A stretch of DNA of 41,210 bases from Eubacteriales bacterium (GTDB taxonomy: Bacteria; Bacillota; Clostridia; Oscillospirales; CAG-272). A program made the translations under genes and the position numbers. Where the stretch lies: positions 1-41,210 of the forward strand of contig JAZORB010000025.1 of assembly GCA_045656385.1 (NCBI GenBank). Direction: 5' to 3'. The notes beneath the pieces are model-generated. The model was not told the origin of the DNA, searched no databases, and was given only the letters and a program-made list of their open reading frames with translations. Positions 1 to 7,424 of the stretch are shown here, piece after piece (position 1 is the first letter of the stretch; each line of letters starts with the position of its first letter).

Positions 1-22
1 CATCCGCTTCCAAAAGACCTCT
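1..22. repeat. Terminal overlap, copy 1 (catccgcttccaaaagacctct)
   Basis: Exact 22-nt identity with 41189-41210. Confidence 0.95.
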
Positions 23-159
23 TTCCATTCGTGATCTTCACGATAATCCTCGAAGTTTTCGCACTCTCCGTCTTCATCAATACTGATGCAAGGGCATCCG
101 CACACGCTTCCGTCCGTCAGATGCTTGCAGTCATCTCTCCAACATAAAACTTGTGTCAT
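1..159 (-). CDS. N-terminal 53 codons of a Cys-rich hypothetical protein that continues across the junction into 40898..41188 (149 aa in total)
   Basis: ATG at 157-159 overlaps the stop of the upstream gene (ATGA). Frame is open to nt 1. Codon 1-3 is the same Met as 41189-41191. Confidence 0.6.
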   Translation of the reverse strand, partial: MTQVLCWRDDCKHLTDGSVCGCPCISIDEDGECENFEDYREDHEWKEVFWKRM

Positions 160-347
160 ATCTCATCCTCGCTTTCCTCGTCCATCCAAGCGCAGTAAAC
201 GGTAGTTCCGCCCCACTCGGCGTTGTTGTAGTCGATATCTTCCTCGGCTCGCTCTTTTGCTATGAGCTCCGCTTCCTCACGGTCATCCGCTTCAATATCG
301 TCATAATCAATAGTCAAACGGACACCGACACTTACATTCCAAATCAT
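156..347 (-). CDS. Small acidic hypothetical protein (63 aa)
   Basis: ORF track. ATGA start/stop overlaps on both sides. Confidence 0.6.
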   Translation of the reverse strand: MIWNVSVGVRLTIDYDDIEADDREEAELIAKERAEEDIDYNNAEWGGTTVYCAWMDEESEDEI

Positions 348-640
348 TTCCCGTCCTCGCTTTCCTTAATGTCATCAAGCAAACCGATAAGAGTGTGAAT
401 ACCTCTCTTGCTTTCAAAACCCATAATTTTGCCCGTTCCTGCATAGAACTGAAACAACTTATCATCGGATTTTCTGCGACAATGAAAATGTCCAGTTATT
501 TCATTCTTCAAAACATATTCAATATTATGTTTTTCAAACTGTTGAATAGCATATTGTATTCTATTCGGATTGTCTGCAACTCTTTTTGCGTGGTGCTCTT
601 TGGCATACTGTTTAATACCTTCGAAATCTTCCTTGCTCAT
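344..640 (-). CDS. Hypothetical protein (98 aa, start MSKEDFE)
   Basis: GGAGG 7 nt upstream of the ATG at 640. The longer track ORF (to 691) lacks an RBS. Confidence 0.6.
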   Translation of the reverse strand: MSKEDFEGIKQYAKEHHAKRVADNPNRIQYAIQQFEKHNIEYVLKNEITGHFHCRRKSDDKLFQFYAGTGKIMGFESKRGIHTLIGLLDDIKESEDGK

Positions 641-683
641 CTCATTTCCTCCGTGAATTTCTTTTTGATTTCGGCAAACTGTT

Positions 684-923
684 TCACCCAACTACTTGGT
701 AACAATCCGATGCATTTAATTGTAACAATCCGATGCATTTAATTGCTTCAATCTCCGCAAAAATCTCCTCGGCAACATCGGATGCTCGGCGGTAGCCTGC
801 TTTGCAAACATCTTCCGCATAAAGATGAATCATGCAAACGCGATGGGCGTCACAAGGCACACAATCATCTGTGCCGAAGCTTCGGCACATTGTTTTTCCT
901 ATCTCCTCAATCTGCTTTTCCAT
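684..923 (-). CDS. Hypothetical Cys-rich protein with C-terminus altered by a 23-bp tandem duplication
   Basis: ORF track. See repeat 701-746. Removing one copy restores an ATGA-coupled ORF ending at 637. Confidence 0.5.
   Translation of the reverse strand: MEKQIEEIGKTMCRSFGTDDCVPCDAHRVCMIHLYAEDVCKAGYRRASDVAEEIFAEIEAIKCIGLLQLNASDCYQVVG
701..746. repeat. Tandem duplication 2 x 23 bp (aacaatccgatgcatttaattgt / ...ttgc)
   Basis: 22/23 identity, directly adjacent copies 701-723 and 724-746. Confidence 0.95.
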
Positions 924-1272
924 CGTCCGCTCCTTTCAAAGTTCTCTCCGCTTCCTCGCGGTTGAGAAAAACGGTTTTTCCGAAGTCGGTATCCGACACC
1001 CATTCGTATCCCATTCCGCGCCAATCGAATGCGTAGGTCAGCCCGTTGGAATGGATGCAGATCTTCTTCACTTTCTCCTCGCGGACTCTGCCGCCGCCGA
1101 GGATGTAGATTGTGTCGCCGATCTTCGCTTTCGGCACGATCACGCCACAGGCAAGAAGGTAGTCGGCAAGCTCGTTATTGTCAAGCAACTGCAATTCATT
1201 CTTGCGCGGTTGCTCCTGATCCACGCCGTAGACCTGTTTTTGGTCTATCATTTTTATCAGTCTGTCTCTCAT
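907..1272 (-). CDS. Hypothetical phage protein, paralog of 39131..39424
   Basis: Start MRDRLIKMID at 1272 with AAAGGAAG RBS. Shares MRxRLI, LADxLLAxGVIVP, GD and FLxREEA motifs with the paralog. Confidence 0.65.
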   Translation of the reverse strand: MRDRLIKMIDQKQVYGVDQEQPRKNELQLLDNNELADYLLACGVIVPKAKIGDTIYILGGGRVREEKVKKICIHSNGLTYAFDWRGMGYEWVSDTDFGKTVFLNREEAERTLKGADDGKAD

Positions 1273-1399
1273 AGCTTCCTTTGACCGCCTGCTCACTTGC
1301 AAGCGGTCTTCCTTTCTTTCAAATTGTTTTTATGAGTAAGTGAATGCCCGAAGGTTAAAACGCCGTAGAGGGCAAAATTTCGGGCGCGTGGAAGATGCT
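1273..1399 (-). promoter_or_regulatory. Conserved leader element, copy A (22-nt imperfect hairpin 1285-1306 plus AAATTTTGCCC box 1370-1380)
   Basis: About 110 nt alignable with 4077-4186. The 22-mer is identical in both. Confidence 0.5.
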
Positions 1400-3463
1400 C
1401 TAAGCCGTACAAATTGCCTTTTCAAGCTCGGCAACCGTTGTCAAAGGCTTCTTATATGCCATATCCGCGCAATTCGCTCTGATAAGCGCCGTAGCAACGG
1501 GAGGGCACACTGCGTTACCCAGGCGTGCTATCTGCTTTGCCTCAGAGTATTTCTTGCCGATATGGCGCTCAATGTCGATTATGTAATCCACCGGGAAGCC
1601 CTGCGCAAGCTTCAGTTCCTCAGCCTTCAGCATACGCATACCAATATCACCGATGAAATAAGGCGTGCCCGCTATCTCGATAATCAGGATCTCATTTTCC
1701 TTAATGGAATAATCCGCATACTCGTTGAGGAGCTGGCGTACCTCGTTCCAATGATAGAGATCCTGGGCGTTATCTACGGGGAGCAGATACGTTTTGATTT
1801 TCGCAAAATGACCTGCCGAGGTAGTGAGAGTAGGCATAGGCTCGTCAAGGCTCTTACCGTCCATATTCTTGCGCAGCACACAAAGGTTGCTCGCGCAGAG
1901 GTAATGCCTGGGAAGAGTCGTTACAGTAGGGATAGGCGCATCGCTCTTGCTGGCGTGATCTGCGCCGCCGTAGTAATGCACGATGTTTGCGGCTACAAGG
2001 GAATTATGATCTTTTGCCGTAACAGTAGGAACGGGATCGCCCGCGCCGCTTGCTTTCGCTCCCTCTCCGCTGAAATACTTTGATAGGTAGGGAGTAGTGA
2101 GATATTGCTTGCAGGAGGATACAACCGTAGAAACAGGCTCGTTCACGCTATTTACGCGGGGAGCTTGATTCTTGTTTTCTCCGTAGCCGATAGGTGTTAA
2201 GTAAGGTGTTACCGCGCCAAATCTCGTGGCGCCGGGCATAACGGTATCAAGCGGCTTCTTCGCATCTTGCCCGAGGCTATGCTGCTGAAACTTCGTTAAA
2301 TACGGAGCTTCCACCGCAAAACACGCCTTGCCGGTCTGCGTATTCATAGGCGCATCTACGCCGTGCACGCCCGGACCGCTTTTGTGTGAACATTCCACAA
2401 GGGCGGGCGTAACAACGAAGTGCTTATTTACTGCCGTTTGCGTTGACAGAGGCTTGCTAACGTCTTGCGGCGGATTCTCGTAATTCGCCTGCACCAAGTT
2501 AGGCGTAATCAGGTAGTGATGATTAGCGCTCGTCTGAGTGGTCATAGGTCTATCTACATCCTGGAGAGGATTATCAAAATTCATTTCAAGGATATAGGGC
2601 TTCGGATTCTTGATAACGAATTTATCAAGCCCTCGCGCCACTCTGCGCAGGGTGTTCTTAACGAGAGGCTTTTTGCGCTCAAAGATAGAGGGGCAAGGGA
2701 TGCTCCAATCAATGCACTCGGCTGCGGTACGGTAGGGCTTCAAGCCTTTGCCTTTGCCGTGCGTCGCCTTCGGGAATACAATGGGCTTGCCATCATTTCT
2801 CGCAACGAGGTAAAAGCGTTTGCGAATAGTTGGTGCCCCGTAATCACAGGCACGAAGCACCTTGTATTCCAGATTATAGCCAAGACCTTTGATGAGGCGC
2901 TGCTCCTCAGCACTTCCTCGCTCGATTTTCAAAAACTCGCAGGCTTCTGCAAGCGCGGGACAATCGGGAGCTACACCGTCTGAGATCATACCAACGAAAG
3001 CCTTGAACGTTTCGCCCGAGCGCTCAGGATCAGGGCGGCTCTTGCCATCTGCATCCACAATAAGCGGACCCCAGGTCTGTATCTCTTCAACATTCTCCAT
3101 AAAGATACATCTCGGCGCTACGCTCGACATAGCCCATTTGACAATCACCCAGGAAAGCCCTCTGATCTTGTGCTCTACGGGCTTATTGCCTTTTGCCCGA
3201 GAGAAGTGCTTGCAATCGGGAGAAAACCAGGCTATACCGACAGGTCTGCCGCCCGTAACCTCCTCAGGGTTGATGGCAAATACATCCTCCTGGTAGTGTG
3301 TGGTGTACGGATGATTTACAGAATGCATAGCAATCGCATCCGCATCGTGATTGATAGCAATATCAACAGGTCTTCCAGTTGCAAGCTCGATGCCTACGGA
3401 AGCACCGCCTCCGCCCGCAAAATTATCAACGATCAACTCATTGAAAAAGTTATCCTGATACAT
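1400..3463 (-). CDS. DNA (cytosine-5) methyltransferase with eight tandem TRD-like modules
   Basis: Motifs FAGGGG, SPDC..FS, ENV, RKRFY, QGFP and GNAV in canonical order. Start MYQDNF with AAGGAG RBS. Confidence 0.85.
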   Translation of the reverse strand: MYQDNFFNELIVDNFAGGGGASVGIELATGRPVDIAINHDADAIAMHSVNHPYTTHYQEDVFAINPEEVTGGRPVGIAWFSPDCKHFSRAKGNKPVEHKIRGLSWVIVKWAMSSVAPRCIFMENVEEIQTWGPLIVDADGKSRPDPERSGETFKAFVGMISDGVAPDCPALAEACEFLKIERGSAEEQRLIKGLGYNLEYKVLRACDYGAPTIRKRFYLVARNDGKPIVFPKATHGKGKGLKPYRTAAECIDWSIPCPSIFERKKPLVKNTLRRVARGLDKFVIKNPKPYILEMNFDNPLQDVDRPMTTQTSANHHYLITPNLVQANYENPPQDVSKPLSTQTAVNKHFVVTPALVECSHKSGPGVHGVDAPMNTQTGKACFAVEAPYLTKFQQHSLGQDAKKPLDTVMPGATRFGAVTPYLTPIGYGENKNQAPRVNSVNEPVSTVVSSCKQYLTTPYLSKYFSGEGAKASGAGDPVPTVTAKDHNSLVAANIVHYYGGADHASKSDAPIPTVTTLPRHYLCASNLCVLRKNMDGKSLDEPMPTLTTSAGHFAKIKTYLLPVDNAQDLYHWNEVRQLLNEYADYSIKENEILIIEIAGTPYFIGDIGMRMLKAEELKLAQGFPVDYIIDIERHIGKKYSEAKQIARLGNAVCPPVATALIRANCADMAYKKPLTTVAELEKAICTA

Positions 3464-4076
3464 TTTTCTCTTTCTCCTTTTCTTTGAATTTCTCATAGCT
3501 ATGCTGTACGGCGCGGTTGAAGAAGTCTTCTGTGTCGAAGTTGCCCATACGTTCCTTTTCGCGCTTTGCGCTATAACATCTTATCTTATCTTGTCTTATC
3601 TTATCTTGTTTCGTTTCTGTTACAGAAACAGGGGTTTTTGTTACAGAAACAGGATTTTGGGGCATGCTACCGCCGACCCCTCGCTCTTCTTCGAGAAGCC
3701 AATACTTGCTTTTATCTACCTTGTTCCTTGCAGTGGACTTGGAATAATCCTCCTGAATTTTTACAGAGGTCAAGACGCTTTGCGACAACAGATCCTTATC
3801 AAACATACCGAGATCGGCGCAATAGTGGGTGACTTGTAGCACAAGGTCAACGGATGGTATCCACCTTCCCCCGACTATTCGCTGAACCATTGCCGCGACT
3901 TTATTCAAGGGGAACTCCAAATAATATCCGTTAGCGTAGATGAGGTCTAACAGGACTTCATAAATCACAACACCGCGAGGGCCGAAGTCCATCAGCAAAG
4001 AGATGATGTCGGGATTGCAATAAAATCCTGTGTCTTTTCGGTAGAATGCCAGCCCCTGCTTGTGAGGTCTTGGCAT
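3450..4076 (-). CDS. Replication initiator-like protein (DUF4373 / Lin1244-Lin1753 N-terminal type)
   Basis: N-terminus FYRKDTGFY..D..I..L....G..G..IY..LL..IY.NGYYL. Internal DNA iterons. Confidence 0.6.
   Translation of the reverse strand: MPRPHKQGLAFYRKDTGFYCNPDIISLLMDFGPRGVVIYEVLLDLIYANGYYLEFPLNKVAAMVQRIVGGRWIPSVDLVLQVTHYCADLGMFDKDLLSQSVLTSVKIQEDYSKSTARNKVDKSKYWLLEEERGVGGSMPQNPVSVTKTPVSVTETKQDKIRQDKIRCYSAKREKERMGNFDTEDFFNRAVQHSYEKFKEKEKEKNVSG
3579..3653. repeat. Iteron cluster inside the initiator gene: 2 x 15 bp (tcttatcttatcttg) and 2 x 15 bp (tgttacagaaacagg, 21-bp period)
   Basis: Exact repeats at 3579-3593/3594-3608 and 3618-3632/3639-3653. The first of the second pair lies in a 17-nt inverted repeat, gtttctgt-t-acagaaac. 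Confidence 0.9.
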
Positions 4077-4186
4077 ACTGTTTTCCTTGCCGCCTGCTCA
4101 CTTGCAAGCGGCATTCCTTTCGTTTTCTTTATGCGGTTGAATAAGTAGATGCAAATACGGCTTCGTGCCGTACAGGGCAAAATTTA
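4077..4186 (-). promoter_or_regulatory. Conserved leader element, copy B (22-mer 4090-4111, AAATTTTGCCC box 4175-4185)
   Basis: Alignable with 1273-1399. Confidence 0.5.
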
Positions 4187-4702
4187 GGCGTTGTATCGGT
4201 ACACCTCGTAGGGGGGCAGGCCGTACACGCCCGCGAGGGCTGTGACCTGCTCGGGAGTCGGGATACACACACCGTTTTCGAGCTTTGAGAGAAGCGGCTC
4301 GTTGAAGAACGGTATCTTCTCGCGGATCACCCTACAAACGTCGCTTTGCTTCATATCCTTCGAGAGCCGCGCGACCTTCAGGTTGTTCCACACCTCGATC
4401 TGCGTTGAGGTGTTCAAAAGACGGTTGCACTTTGCAACGGGAGCGAATAGGCTTTTGCCCTTTGCAAGGCACTCTTTCCGATACCTATCGATATCGAGCT
4501 TGTCGTCCGTACGGTAAAAGCCCTTGCTTTTCGAGGAGCGGATGAGGACGTAGTCATCGCCGTTGTCCATGCACGATAGGCTGTGCAGGATCCTCCTGAC
4601 TCCTCTGTAGGTCATGTTCCATCGCTCCATCAGCTCGGGGTACGTGACCGCGTCCTCCTTGCTTTGCGGAATTGAATTCCAAAAATAATCAATGTCGTTC
4701 AT
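4184..4702 (-). CDS. DNA-binding protein with C-terminal XRE-like HTH (possible replication/regulatory accessory)
   Basis: GGAGG RBS before MNDIDY. C-terminal LKVARLSKDMKQSDV...LENG...P pattern. Confidence 0.5.
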   Translation of the reverse strand: MNDIDYFWNSIPQSKEDAVTYPELMERWNMTYRGVRRILHSLSCMDNGDDYVLIRSSKSKGFYRTDDKLDIDRYRKECLAKGKSLFAPVAKCNRLLNTSTQIEVWNNLKVARLSKDMKQSDVCRVIREKIPFFNEPLLSKLENGVCIPTPEQVTALAGVYGLPPYEVYRYNA

Positions 4703-5082
4703 ACGTCCTCCCATTTATAGCCGCGCCGTGTCTTCACGACGCTTTTTTTCGAGACAAAGCGAATCCAAAATGCTTGCACCCGCTTCTTCGGCACCTGCGT
4801 CGAAACTCCGTTCGTGATCTCCTTCGTTGTGACGGTGTACCCCGTCGCCCGCATCGTGGATAGGATCTTCTCGAAGTACGGAATGAACGCCCTATACTCG
4901 CGTTCCATCTTCTTCTCCTCCCGCCGATCGTACTCGCGGCAGCAGGGGTAAGAGCAAATATATGTAGGATTTGAACTCTTACCTCTTTTGAATCTCCACT
5001 CAACGGTCGGAAAGAATTCTCTCCCGCAGATCGGACACGTCTTATCCCACGGGTAGTCCTCAGAAAGGAAGGGAGCTGTCAT
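4699..5082 (-). CDS. Zinc-finger-like hypothetical protein
   Basis: GGAGGTGGAAG RBS before MTAPFL. CPICG...CSYPCC. Confidence 0.5.
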   Translation of the reverse strand: MTAPFLSEDYPWDKTCPICGREFFPTVEWRFKRGKSSNPTYICSYPCCREYDRREEKKMEREYRAFIPYFEKILSTMRATGYTVTTKEITNGVSTQVPKKRVQAFWIRFVSKKSVVKTRRGYKWEDV

Positions 5083-5458
5083 CTTCCACCTCCTCAAATT
5101 TTGGAGGGGCGGCGGCGGGAACGTTACTACCGATGTACGGGTCATCGTTCTTCCTTTCTACGAAGGTCACCTCGTCGGCGATCACCTCCGTGACTGTGAT
5201 TTTCTGTCCGGTTTTTTCATACTGACGGTTCTGCAGATTGCCGAGGATCAGGATCGGCATTCCCTTCTTGAAATACTTCGAGACGAATTCTCCCGACTGC
5301 CGCCAAGCGACGACGTTGAAAAAATCCGACTGATCCTTTGACATTTTTCTTGCGACGCCGATTGAGAAGCGGCACACCGCCACACCCGACGTCGTTTGCT
5401 TCAGCTCCGGGTCGGCGGTCAGGTTGCCGATCAATATAACCTTGTTAAAGCTTGCCAT
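5060..5458 (-). CDS. ssb: Single-stranded DNA-binding protein
   Basis: NKVILIGNLTADPE...RFS OB-fold signature and acidic C-terminal tip DDSSLPF. Confidence 0.92.
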   Translation of the reverse strand: MASFNKVILIGNLTADPELKQTTSGVAVCRFSIGVARKMSKDQSDFFNVVAWRQSGEFVSKYFKKGMPILILGNLQNRQYEKTGQKITVTEVIADEVTFVERKNDDPYIGSNVPAAAPPKFEEVEDDSSLPF

Positions 5459-5469
5459 TGTTTCTCTCC

Positions 5470-5745
5470 TTATAAGTAATTTTTTCCGAAATCCTTGATA
5501 AAATCTTCCCGCGTGCCATAGTGCTTTTCATAATACCGTTGGCAAAGTCTTCGTAGGTACAGCTCCTTCTCTCTATCACAATGCACCGCCTCATCCGACG
5601 CGGTGTGATGGTATGTACACAACCATACCAAGAAGCCGTAGTATTCCGACTGCTTCTTGTACGGATGGCGGAAGATGTGGTGTGTCACTACATCCGTCCG
5701 TCCGCAAAAGAAGCACTTTTTCTTGTTGATATGCCTTAGCGCCAT
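5470..5745 (-). CDS. Small HNH/His-Me-finger-like protein
   Basis: CFFCG..(8)..HHIF...(20)..LCTYHH pattern. Confidence 0.4.
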   Translation of the reverse strand: MALRHINKKKCFFCGRTDVVTHHIFRHPYKKQSEYYGFLVWLCTYHHTASDEAVHCDREKELYLRRLCQRYYEKHYGTREDFIKDFGKNYL

Positions 5746-6269
5746 TCATCAAGCAACAGCGACACAAGCGCGGGCGGCTCCGTTGGGATGCCCATTTCCT
5801 TTGCCTCGTCGATCAGGAAATTGATCAGGCGCGTCATCTCGGCGGTGTTGTAGGTCGATGAGCCGAAGTAGTTGTGGACTCGCTTGTACCCGGGGAGTTT
5901 CGAGTCGTCAACGACCTCTGCAAACCATCCGATCCCCTTTTCTCCCCAAACGCTCTGCCAACGCTCAACGCAGTCCTCGCGGATGGGCGTCGCCTCCCAC
6001 ACGCCGACGTTCTTGATGGCGTGACGGTAAACGTCCTCTTTCGTGAGTCCCGCAGCCTGCGCGATCTTCTCGCACATCGTCCAGCAGAGGTCGTTAGCAT
6101 TCCGCGACCGCTTATTACGGTGGATCTTGATTGAGATATCAAGATATCTGTCGCCGATCCTGTCGAATTCCTCGGCAAAGTCGTTGTCGATCCTGATAGA
6201 CAAGATCTGTTTCTTGGTCTTGTAGTCAACCTGCAAGCCGTGTAAGGTACCGTTCAAATCCGCTGACAT
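5736..6269 (-). CDS. NinB/Orf-like recombination mediator
   Basis: NKRSRNANDLCW..C.KIA and GSSTYNTAEMTRLINFLIDEAKEMG resemble lambda NinB RSLDQNRKLW and STSRM..EF..LLE.IQAFG. Confidence 0.5.
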   Translation of the reverse strand: MSADLNGTLHGLQVDYKTKKQILSIRIDNDFAEEFDRIGDRYLDISIKIHRNKRSRNANDLCWTMCEKIAQAAGLTKEDVYRHAIKNVGVWEATPIREDCVERWQSVWGEKGIGWFAEVVDDSKLPGYKRVHNYFGSSTYNTAEMTRLINFLIDEAKEMGIPTEPPALVSLLLDEWR

Positions 6270-6804
6270 TCGGCGTCCGTCCTTTCTTCAAGCATCTACA
6301 GAGGTATTTCAGTCGGGGTAGGTATTCCTTCTCGATCCACCTCTTGTCGTATGCGATATAGTGAATGCTGATGTCCTCATCATCGATGGGTAGGAAATAA
6401 TTCAAGTAGTGCCCCTCGCTCATCTTATGAATGACGATGGCGAGCTTCTTTTTCGCGGCGAACATCTCGACTTGCGCTTGTTGCCAATACTGCTTGGAGA
6501 TCTTCACCTCACCGAGGCACTTGACCTCGTAGATACACACGCGATCTTCACCGTCGAGGTTGACGCGCAGGCGGAACTTCTTGATGCGGATCTGTCTGTC
6601 CCTCTGTTTGATTCCGAGATGGTCCAAGATGCGATGCTCGTAAACCGTACCCGCTTTCGTGTAACGGTTTCCGCTGAAATTACTTTTGACGGCACCCACC
6701 TTGACGAGCCACCATTTGCGGAAGGTGTCGGTGTCCCAATTTCCCATTATGTAATGGGTATCGGAAGCACCGAACCATCCCGCGCGGGATTGATCCTTTA
6801 TCAT
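6226..6804 (-). CDS. YqaJ-like (lambda Exo-type PD-(D/E)xK) recombination exonuclease
   Basis: GASD..YIMG, YEHRI, DGED..IYEVKC, QQAQVEM motifs. Confidence 0.75.
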   Translation of the reverse strand: MIKDQSRAGWFGASDTHYIMGNWDTDTFRKWWLVKVGAVKSNFSGNRYTKAGTVYEHRILDHLGIKQRDRQIRIKKFRLRVNLDGEDRVCIYEVKCLGEVKISKQYWQQAQVEMFAAKKKLAIVIHKMSEGHYLNYFLPIDDEDISIHYIAYDKRWIEKEYLPRLKYLCRCLKKGRTPNVSGFERYLTRLAG

Positions 6805-7424
6805 AACTTAGACTCAAGCCACGCGATGCCCTCGAAGTAGGTGCTCATGATCGCGTTGACGTTCTTTTGCGAGATGTTGTTATTCTTGCAGAAGGTGTCC
6901 ATATCCGTGTGCTGGAGCAGAGCTGTCAGCTTCTCCTGCATCCTCTTTTGGATGGCGCGGATATTGTGGAAGGACAGGTCTTCTCCGTCGTCCTCTTCTT
7001 CTCCTGCCCACAAAGACCAGCCGAGACCTGTTTCCATCGCAACCGTCTTCACGAACGCTCTCTTATGCGCCTTGTCAATAGCCCTTTGGTTGAGGCTGTC
7101 ATCGTAGACTACATTCGCTCCATCGAGAAGCGGGTAATCGTATTCCCATTTTCGGTCATCGATCTCGACCTCGATTCGTACGAAGTAGCATCCGCACTTT
7201 CGGGTCGCATCGTTCTTCGTCAGCGTCTCAACTTCTCTTGAGCAGATGAGGTAAGACCCATTCACCAATATCGGACGGAATGTTACGTGTTCCGCGCCAT
7301 GCTCGTGAAGCAGAGACTTGCACTTAGCCCACGGCAAGTAGGTAAGCATCTTTCCACCCGTCGGCTTTGTCTCGGTGTATGGCTTAACGTCGATCTCCCG
7401 CATTTCTTTCCAGCTCTTTAACAT
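6801..7424 (-). CDS. Rad52/Sak-type single-strand annealing protein
   Basis: LTYLPWA, NQRAIDKAHKRAFVKTVAMETGLGWSLW. Adjacent to the exonuclease. Confidence 0.6.
   Translation of the reverse strand: MLKSWKEMREIDVKPYTETKPTGGKMLTYLPWAKCKSLLHEHGAEHVTFRPILVNGSYLICSREVETLTKNDATRKCGCYFVRIEVEIDDRKWEYDYPLLDGANVVYDDSLNQRAIDKAHKRAFVKTVAMETGLGWSLWAGEEEDDGEDLSFHNIRAIQKRMQEKLTALLQHTDMDTFCKNNNISQKNVNAIMSTYFEGIAWLESKL

Noticed and set aside
1-22. The 22-nt terminal repeat as a biological direct terminal repeat or cos site
   Set aside because: It cannot be distinguished from an assembler overlap using sequence alone. An ORF runs through it, and 22 nt is shorter than typical phage DTRs. It is flagged for read-level checking instead.
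3992-4180. 62-aa minus-strand ORF overlapping the start of the initiator gene and leader copy B
   Set aside because: No RBS. It spans the conserved non-coding leader and overlaps a better-supported gene in another frame.
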